Shown one piece after another: positions 57,441 to 64,000 of a DNA stretch of 64,000 bases (position 1 is its first letter; the number at the start of each line of letters is the position of its first letter). Below the pieces are notes generated by a model. That model made no database searches. It saw only the letters and a list, made by a program, of their open reading frames with translations, and was not told the origin of the DNA. This DNA comes from a virus: positions 50,690 to 114,689 of the IMG/VR virus record IMGVR_UViG_3300028008_000005, one strand, 5' to 3'. The translations under genes were made by a program, and so were the position numbers.

Positions 57441-58110
57441 TAGACTAGAAGAGCATGCGGGCAATTTACAGTCTATACTAAATTCTAGGCTGTTACGCTC
57501 AGATGAGACGCACGATTTTCCATGGGACAATTTAGTATATAATGGTAAAGGATCAAGAAGAGCTCACATTGACATTGTAGATAAGCGTAAAGAAAAGAAG
57601 CTTTATATGATGCACCTTTGTGTATTTCCCTCTATATACTCCTCTGCCCCTATATACGGATTTGATCTTATCGCTGGGCCAAATAAGGTAACCGGTGCAT
57701 TCCACGATTTTAGTCCTATAAAATGTGATCACCCTCTTAATGATATATTTTATAATAGGGTTAAAGGATATTCTTGGAGTAAGAAACGAGAGTTACCTGA
57801 ATGGGCTAAAGCTATATTCTCTGAGAACATGGTATCAGCTGGCAACATAAGAGATTCAAAAGAGCTAGATGAAGTACTTAATTTATCAGTTTGTAATCTG
57901 CTAGAGTACTTAGATTACCTTGAGGGTGAAACCGAGATTGTTTCATCTGCCGAGCAACTAAAGATTATTACAGACTACACAGAAGCACAGAATCGTTACT
58001 GTCACTTTCAAAAGCAAAATCCTCACACCCCACGAGTTATGGAATCACTAGGCTATGATCCAGATACCGTAAATAGATTTATTCAGACCTGTCTCTTCCC
58101 AGAAATATAG
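57424..58110 (+). CDS. pcyX: Ferredoxin-dependent bilin reductase, PcyX/PcyA-like
   Basis: RRAH, MMH.CVFP....PIYGFD...G..KVTGAFHDFSP, RELPEWA..IFS, QN.YC..QKQNPHT; overlaps hemO. Confidence 0.8.
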   Translation: MSLIFDRLEEHAGNLQSILNSRLLRSDETHDFPWDNLVYNGKGSRRAHIDIVDKRKEKKLYMMHLCVFPSIYSSAPIYGFDLIAGPNKVTGAFHDFSPIKCDHPLNDIFYNRVKGYSWSKKRELPEWAKAIFSENMVSAGNIRDSKELDEVLNLSVCNLLEYLDYLEGETEIVSSAEQLKIITDYTEAQNRYCHFQKQNPHTPRVMESLGYDPDTVNRFIQTCLFPEI

Positions 58111-58151
58111 CCATAAATACTAATAGAGGTGTTTCTTTAGTCCTCTTTTAG

Positions 58152-58159
58152 TATAAATA
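58152..58159 (+). promoter_or_regulatory. Late promoter TATAAATA (CATAAATA also at 58112)
   Basis: Exact consensus upstream of the neck/head module. Confidence 0.75.
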
Positions 58160-58183
58160 GATGAAAGACCTAGGATTTTATCA

Positions 58184-58519
58184 ATGGCTATATACGCAAA
58201 CCTAACAGCGGATCAAGGTTCTACATTTATTAGTGTAGTATCATTAGTAGACGATACTAATGAGCCTTTAGATCTTACTGGTTACACTACTAGTGGGCAA
58301 GTAAGAAAAACATACAGTTCAACAACTTCTGTAGATTTTACTACAACTGTTTCTACACCAACAAACGGCCAGATTCAACTTCAGCTAACTGATATACAGA
58401 CTGGTGGAATGAAAGCTGGTCGATACGTTTACGATGTTGAAATCTCATCTGGTGGTGGTACAGTTACAAGAGTTATTGAAGGTCAGTTGGAGATTACTCC
58501 AAGCGTTACTAGGGGATAA
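58184..58519 (+). CDS. Conserved small virion protein (BppU-N-like)
   Basis: NL..DQGSTF, DLTGY....QVRK.Y.S, GRYVYDVEI, RVIEG.....P.VTR. Confidence 0.75.
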   Translation: MAIYANLTADQGSTFISVVSLVDDTNEPLDLTGYTTSGQVRKTYSSTTSVDFTTTVSTPTNGQIQLQLTDIQTGGMKAGRYVYDVEISSGGGTVTRVIEGQLEITPSVTRG

Positions 58520-58521
58520 GA

Positions 58522-58773
58522 ATGGCAAATATAAAAGCTACTGTTGGGATTAACCCCTCAACAAACCTTAAAGCTAAAATAGCTACTAATAGGGATAAGC
58601 TTAGAGCCCAGACTATCGGCATCGGCCAACCCACGTCACTAAATGATATGACTGATATTGACATGTCGTATAAAGAGCAGGGTGCAATGCTTGTATGGGA
58701 TGAATCAGCCGGGCAGTGGAAGGCAAAACAAACATTAGCCGATGGAACTAGTTTCGAAGGCGGACACTATTAA
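58522..58773 (+). CDS. Small virion protein
   Basis: L..M.D.D.....GA.LVWD.....W and GG.Y C-terminus. Confidence 0.65.
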   Translation: MANIKATVGINPSTNLKAKIATNRDKLRAQTIGIGQPTSLNDMTDIDMSYKEQGAMLVWDESAGQWKAKQTLADGTSFEGGHY

Positions 58774-58798
58774 AAAAATAAAGACAACGGAGATTTAG

Positions 58799-60415
58799 AT
58801 GTCTACTACTATTATTCGCGTAAAACGAACCAGTACAGCTGGTGATCCTAGTACGCTAGGTGATGGTGAATTAGCCTATTCAGCTGCGGACTATAGCACC
58901 GTTTCTGGTGGTGGCCGATTATATGTTGGTATTGGTGCAGAAACAGGTGGTGATGCAGCATCTCACCTTGTTATTGGCGGTCAATACTTTACAGATAAAT
59001 TAGATCACCTTCCTGGTACTCTTACAGCTGGTTCAGCTCTATTAGTTGACGTTGACAAGAAGCTAGATAATCTGAAAGTAGATAATCTAGATTTTAACGG
59101 TAATACTATATCTTCAACTGACGTTAATGGTAACATTGTACTGTCTACAAATGGTTCAGGTATTATCTCTGCTGATTCTACTCGAATCTCTAATGTAGCT
59201 AATCCAACATTAGACCAAGATGTGGTTACTAAGAGCTATATTGAAAGCGGACTCAATGACGTAAGCTTCAACAACATTGACGCTTCTGGCAACTTGCAGA
59301 TTGATGGTAATCTCACCGTTGGCGGTTCTACCACTACGATCTCTGCTCAGAACTTGGCAGTTTCAGATAACATGATTTATTTGAATCAAGGTAGTGAGTC
59401 AGGTGTTACAGGAGCTTCTGGTGACGGAACAGACGTAACATATACAACATCTGGACACAACTATATAGTTGGTATGAAAGTTGAGGTAACTAATGTTACT
59501 CCAGCATCATTTAATGTTGTTGATGAAACGATTACTGCGGTAAGCGGTGATGACTTTACGATATCTTCTTCAAATACCGACACATTTGTTTCTGGCGGTG
59601 AAGCTCGAGGTAAAACATCAGCTAATCCAGACCTTGGTTGGTCAGCTGGATATGATGACGGCACATACGCACATGCTGGCTTCTTTCGCGATGCTACTGA
59701 TGGAAGATTTAAGGTCTTTGATAGCTATGTTCCTGAACCAGATGCAGACGTGTTTATCGACACAACCGATTCATCATTTGCTTTATCAGAGATTCAAGCT
59801 GAAAACTTCTATGGCGAATTAGTAGGTAATGCAAGCTCAGCTACGATTTTGCAGACTACACGAACACTTTCAATATCAGGAGATGGTACTGGTTCACAGA
59901 CGTTTAATGGCGGATCTGATTCAGATATAGCCTTTACTCTTGCAGACTCGGGTGTTACAGCTGGAGCATATGGTTCACAGACAGAAATCCCAACGTTTAC
60001 TGTAGACGCAAAAGGTCGTTTAACATCAGCTGGCGTTGTTACCGTAGCTACAACATTAAACATTAACGCTGACAATGCAACATCAGCTTCAGTTGATCTT
60101 CTTTCAGAATCACTAACGTTTGCTGGTGGTCTTGGCTTAATAGCAACTGCAGCATCAGGTACAGATACTCTTACATTCGGTGTAGATATTAATTGGTTTG
60201 ATGAAGCGGCACAAGATGCTCTAGGAACAGCTATTGCAGCTGGCGCACAAACCAATATCTCAGTAACATATGACGATGTAGCAGGCTCAATTGATTACTT
60301 TATAAATACTGCTACAACATCTACTCTAGGTGTTGCTAAGTTTAGTACAGACAATTTCCAAGTAACAGCTGGTAACGTTGAAGTGATTGAAGTTAATGGC
60401 GGTACTTACAGCTAA
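58799..60415 (+). CDS. Fibre / collar whisker-like structural protein
   Basis: Mtd_N-like IRVKR..P..L.DGELAY; GVTAG.Y....P..TVDAKGRLT fibre motif; located just before gp13. Confidence 0.7.
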   Translation: MSTTIIRVKRTSTAGDPSTLGDGELAYSAADYSTVSGGGRLYVGIGAETGGDAASHLVIGGQYFTDKLDHLPGTLTAGSALLVDVDKKLDNLKVDNLDFNGNTISSTDVNGNIVLSTNGSGIISADSTRISNVANPTLDQDVVTKSYIESGLNDVSFNNIDASGNLQIDGNLTVGGSTTTISAQNLAVSDNMIYLNQGSESGVTGASGDGTDVTYTTSGHNYIVGMKVEVTNVTPASFNVVDETITAVSGDDFTISSSNTDTFVSGGEARGKTSANPDLGWSAGYDDGTYAHAGFFRDATDGRFKVFDSYVPEPDADVFIDTTDSSFALSEIQAENFYGELVGNASSATILQTTRTLSISGDGTGSQTFNGGSDSDIAFTLADSGVTAGAYGSQTEIPTFTVDAKGRLTSAGVVTVATTLNINADNATSASVDLLSESLTFAGGLGLIATAASGTDTLTFGVDINWFDEAAQDALGTAIAAGAQTNISVTYDDVAGSIDYFINTATTSTLGVAKFSTDNFQVTAGNVEVIEVNGGTYS

Positions 60416-60426
60416 GGATACAAATA

Positions 60427-61176
60427 ATGGCTAATCCAACAACTAGGGTTACCCTGGTCGACTATTGTTTACGTCGGCTAGGATCTCCAGTAATTGAGAT
60501 AAATGTTGATGAAGATCAGATTGAAGATAGAATTGACGATGCTATGCAATTCTATCAGGAGTATCATCATGACGCAACTATTCGTACATATCTAAAACAT
60601 CAGATTACTGCTGACGATATTACAAACAAGAGTATCCCTATTAGCGATAGTATTATCTACGTAAAAAACGTATTTCCGATATCCGCTTCTAACTCTACTT
60701 CTGGCATGTTTGATATTAAGTATCAGATGCACATAAATGATCTATATGATATGAGCTATATCGGTGATCTTGTGCACTATGAGATGCTACAGCAATATAT
60801 TTCTTTACTTGACCTGAAGCTAAACGGTTCAGGTATGTTTACCAGATATAATCGGCATATGAATAAACTTATGCTTGATATAGACTGGGATACTGAGTTA
60901 AAGGTAGACGACTATATTATTGTTGAATGCCAAGCTGTAGTAAGTCCTTCCTCATATCCAGACATATATAATGATATGTTTCTTAAACAATATGCTACAG
61001 CACTGATTAAACAACAATGGGGTGCAAACCTTATAAAGTTCGACGGAATGGCAATGCCTGGTGGTGTTACCGTTAACGCTCGTCAAATCTTTGATGACGC
61101 AACAGAAGAGCTAAATACAATTAGAGAGCAAATGCAATTAAATTATGAAACCCCTGTCGACTTCTTTGTAGGGTAA
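60427..61176 (+). CDS. gp13: Neck protein gp13
   Basis: YCLRRLG.PVIEINVD.DQ, YND.FLK.Y.TALIK.QWG.NL.KF, PGGVT.N. Confidence 0.95.
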   Translation: MANPTTRVTLVDYCLRRLGSPVIEINVDEDQIEDRIDDAMQFYQEYHHDATIRTYLKHQITADDITNKSIPISDSIIYVKNVFPISASNSTSGMFDIKYQMHINDLYDMSYIGDLVHYEMLQQYISLLDLKLNGSGMFTRYNRHMNKLMLDIDWDTELKVDDYIIVECQAVVSPSSYPDIYNDMFLKQYATALIKQQWGANLIKFDGMAMPGGVTVNARQIFDDATEELNTIREQMQLNYETPVDFFVG

Positions 61177-61179
61177 ATC

Positions 61180-62097
61180 ATGGCTACTAATGTATACTTT
61201 TCGCAAAAGGTAAAGTCCGAGCAAAACCTTTACGAAGATATTGTTATAGAATCCCTGAAAATGTACGGGCAGGATATCTATTATCTTCCCCGTGATGTTG
61301 TTCACGAGGATACAATACTTAATGAAGATGTAGAAAGCAAATTCGATGCTTCCTATACTATTGAGATGTATATCGAGAGCGTTGATGGGTTTGAAGGCGA
61401 CGGGGATATTCTATCTAAGTTTGGTGTAGAGATCAGAGACCAAGCAACCTTTATAGTTTCCCGACGTAGATGGGAACAGCTTATCGGTATTCATAATAAT
61501 GGTATTAACTCCGTTAGGCCAAATGAGGGTGATCTTTTATATCTTCCCCTTTCTAAAGGCTTATTCGAGATTCGCTTTGTAGAAGACGAACAACCATTCT
61601 ATCAGTTATCTAATCTTCCAGTCTATAAGCTTCAATGTGAGCTATTTGAGTTCTCTGGTGAAAAATTCAATACTGGCCTTGTTAATCTTGACGATAATAT
61701 TAACAGTCAAGCTACTCCGCAGTTAAATATTCAATTAGGTACAAACAACAATTCAATTGAATTTATTATTGGGGAAAATATACAGCAAGAGATAACGTCA
61801 GGCTCTGGTGAATATATTACTGGTAATGTTGTAGCATTTGATTCTGTAACAAGGATAATTTCTATAAACGAATGGGCAACAACCGACGGTAAGTATCATG
61901 ACTTTAATCTAGTTTCTGATTTGGTAGGCTTAACCTCTGGTGCTACCTATGATGTTACTAACGTATATCAGATTGACGATACGCTAGATAAGCAGGCGTT
62001 TGGTAATGATAACCTATCCCAAAACCAGGAGTTTGAAGCTGTTAAAAGTGATATTATAGACTTTTCTGAAAATAATCCCTTTGGAGATCTTGGTTGA
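61180..62097 (+). CDS. gp14: Neck protein gp14
   Basis: EQ.LYED..IES....G.D.YYLPR, SKFG, RP.EGDL.Y.P, PFYQL, DFSE.NPFG. Confidence 0.95.
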   Translation: MATNVYFSQKVKSEQNLYEDIVIESLKMYGQDIYYLPRDVVHEDTILNEDVESKFDASYTIEMYIESVDGFEGDGDILSKFGVEIRDQATFIVSRRRWEQLIGIHNNGINSVRPNEGDLLYLPLSKGLFEIRFVEDEQPFYQLSNLPVYKLQCELFEFSGEKFNTGLVNLDDNINSQATPQLNIQLGTNNNSIEFIIGENIQQEITSGSGEYITGNVVAFDSVTRIISINEWATTDGKYHDFNLVSDLVGLTSGATYDVTNVYQIDDTLDKQAFGNDNLSQNQEFEAVKSDIIDFSENNPFGDLG

Positions 62098-62855
62098 TGT
62101 TATCAGATCATTTCTATCACGCAGCTATTCGTCGTACTATCGCGGCATTCGGAACTATCTTTAATGATATTAAGGTAGTAAGAAAGGATGGTAGTGGCGA
62201 GGTAAAAAATATTACTCGTGTACCTCTAGCATACGGACCTAAGCAAAAGTTCTTAGCTCGTATAGAAAGCGAGTCAGATCTAGGTACATTAAAAGGAGGA
62301 GTAGCTATTAAGCTTCCTCGCATGTCATTTGAAATTTCTGGAATGACATATGATGCTGCTTCTCAAGTAAACAAGATGAATCAGCTTAAGCTAGGTTCTA
62401 TTACATCTGGGACCAGGCAATCAGTATATACCCAAACGCCATATAAAATGAATATTGATCTTTCTATAATGGCTAAGAATCAGGATGATGCATTACAGGT
62501 TGTAGAGCAAATACTTCCATACTTTCAGCCCGATTATACTATAACAATTAAAGAAATACCAGAGATCGGGTTAAAGACCGATGTACCTATTGTACTTAAT
62601 GCGGTTAGTTTAACTGACGATTATGAAGGGGATTTTGTTTCACGTAGAGCTATAGTGTATACACTTAGCTTTGAATTACGTGTAAAATTTTATGGACCTG
62701 TTAGAACAAAGACTGTTATCCTTAATTCTTCAGTTGACCTAAACGACCTAGATACCTTTGGGTTCTTGGAAGAGGTGTCAGCAGCTGGAGATCCGGATAC
62801 TCTTGATTTGGATACAGGAATTGATATAACCGACGATAATATTATTACACCATGA
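62097..62855 (+). CDS. gp15: Tail sheath stabiliser / completion protein gp15
   Basis: FYH..IR....AFGT.FN, VPLAYGPKQKFLAR, LPRMSFE, EQILPYFQP. Confidence 0.95.
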   Translation: MLSDHFYHAAIRRTIAAFGTIFNDIKVVRKDGSGEVKNITRVPLAYGPKQKFLARIESESDLGTLKGGVAIKLPRMSFEISGMTYDAASQVNKMNQLKLGSITSGTRQSVYTQTPYKMNIDLSIMAKNQDDALQVVEQILPYFQPDYTITIKEIPEIGLKTDVPIVLNAVSLTDDYEGDFVSRRAIVYTLSFELRVKFYGPVRTKTVILNSSVDLNDLDTFGFLEEVSAAGDPDTLDLDTGIDITDDNIITP

Positions 62856-63214
62856 GAAAAGATAAAACAGATATAGATGACGATTACGAATTTGCTAGAG
62901 CTAAATATTACAATCTAGTAGAGAAAGGCGATGAAGCTCTGGAGCTTATGATGGATCTTGCTCGAGAGTCCGAGCATCCGCGAGCATTTGAAGTTTTATC
63001 TAATATGATGAAGCAAAACGCTGAAGTTGCAGATCGGCTTATGGAACTGCAAAAGAAAAAGAAAGAAGTTGAAAAGGTTGAAAAAGACAACCCATTAGCT
63101 TTACCTAATAGCATGACGCAGAATAATGTTTTTGTTGGATCTACAACGGATCTACAAAGAATGTTAGCCTCTAAATTTGAAGAAAAAGCCAATGTCATTG
63201 AGTCTGAAGAATAA
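62852..63214 (+). CDS. gp16: Terminase small subunit gp16
   Basis: DYE.AR, A.ESEHPRAFEV, NNVFVGST.DLQ. Confidence 0.93.
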   Translation: MRKDKTDIDDDYEFARAKYYNLVEKGDEALELMMDLARESEHPRAFEVLSNMMKQNAEVADRLMELQKKKKEVEKVEKDNPLALPNSMTQNNVFVGSTTDLQRMLASKFEEKANVIESEE

Positions 63215-64000
63215 TATAGCCGGCTATCTCGGCAATCCAAATATCAAGCGCGATGGTATAGAACAGAACTTCACAAATGATGAAGTTACTGAATATGTCA
63301 AGTGCATGAAAGATCCTACATACTTTGCAAGGACCTATATTAAGGTTATTTCCCTCGATGAAGGTCTAGTACCATTCGATCTTTATCCCTATCAAGAAAA
63401 AATGTTTAAGCACTTTAAGGATAATAGATTCTCTATTGTTCTAGCATGTCGTCAATCTGGCAAATCTATATCTTCTGTAGCGTATCTCCTTTGGTATTCT
63501 ATTTTTCACCCAGAAAAGACTGTTGCTATTTTAGCGAACAAAGGTGCTACTGCACGTGAGATGTTAGCTAGGATTACTCTTATGCTGGAGAATCTACCGT
63601 TCTTTTTACAGCCTGGGTGTAAGGCAGTGAATAAGGGTTCACTTGAATTCTCCAACAATTCACGTATTCTTGCTGCAGCGACCTCTGGCTCATCTATTCG
63701 TGGCTTATCGGTTAACCTACTGTTCTTAGATGAGTTTGCCTTTGTTGAAAACGATGCGACGTTCTATACCTCAACATATCCTGTAGTTGCAGCTGGTAAA
63801 GAGACCCAGGTTATTATTACATCCACAGCAAACGGATTAGGTAATGTATACCATAAGCTATATGAAGGTGCAGTACAAGGCACAAACGAATATAAGCACT
63901 TCCGCGTAGACTGGTGGGACGTACCCGGTCGTGATGACGAGTGGAAGAGACAGACTATATCAAATACTTCACAGCTGCAATTTGATCAGGAATTTGGAAA
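63192..64000 (+). CDS. gp17: Terminase large subunit gp17 (5' part; runs off the window; not in the ORF track)
   Basis: Translated by hand: MSLSLKNNIAGYLGNPNIKR..., Walker A RQSGKS, ILANKGATAREML, Walker B LFLDEFAF, ITSTANG. Confidence 0.95.
   Translation, partial: MSLSLKNNIAGYLGNPNIKRDGIEQNFTNDEVTEYVKCMKDPTYFARTYIKVISLDEGLVPFDLYPYQEKMFKHFKDNRFSIVLACRQSGKSISSVAYLLWYSIFHPEKTVAILANKGATAREMLARITLMLENLPFFLQPGCKAVNKGSLEFSNNSRILAAATSGSSIRGLSVNLLFLDEFAFVENDATFYTSTYPVVAAGKETQVIITSTANGLGNVYHKLYEGAVQGTNEYKHFRVDWWDVPGRDDEWKRQTISNTSQLQFDQEFG

Noticed and set aside
56901-58110. Classification as a cyanophage from ho1/pcyA-like genes
   Set aside because: No photosystem, hli or cpeT genes are seen here; the reductase looks PcyX-like and pqqA points to a proteobacterial host. 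This cannot be fully excluded from one window.
42305-60415. Diversity-generating retroelement suggested by Mtd_N-like domains and duplicated segments
   Set aside because: No reverse transcriptase is present in the window, and differences between the duplicated segments do not appear confined to adenines.
1-64000. tRNA, rRNA, introns, inteins, homing endonucleases, integrase
   Set aside because: None was recognised. Intergenic gaps are mostly too short and the core genes appear uninterrupted. A tRNAscan/Infernal run would be needed to exclude small RNAs.

Overview
This window is part of a large, AT-rich T4-like myovirus genome, probably marine. It carries gp33, gp59 and gp32, a baseplate/tail block (gp29, gp26/51, gp54, gp2, gp4, gp48, gp53, gp27-like, gp5, gp25, gp6, gp7, gp8, split VrlC-like protein), a long fibre region, and gp13, gp14, gp15, gp16 and the 5' part of gp17. 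Late promoters (TATAAATA/CATAAATA) and sigma70-type early promoters are easy to see. The accessory content stands out in five places. (1) Two tandem exported proteins fuse a c-type haem domain to a PHM/DBM-type copper monooxygenase, and are followed by a 23-aa PqqA-like precursor peptide that the ORF track missed. (2) A late-promoter operon encodes secreted or membrane proteins. (3) A candidate -1 frameshift would join gp26 to a gp51-like tail directly upstream of the tape measure gene, as in lambda G/GT. (4) A Thr-rich fibre protein has repeat arrays in mirror order (3x16, 3x10, Cys core, 3x10, 3x16). (5) Paired Cys-rich proteins sit next to an early-promoter operon of glycosyltransferase, carbamoyltransferase, 2OG oxygenase, haem oxygenase and PcyX-like bilin reductase. 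All family assignments come from motif recognition by eye; no database searches were run.
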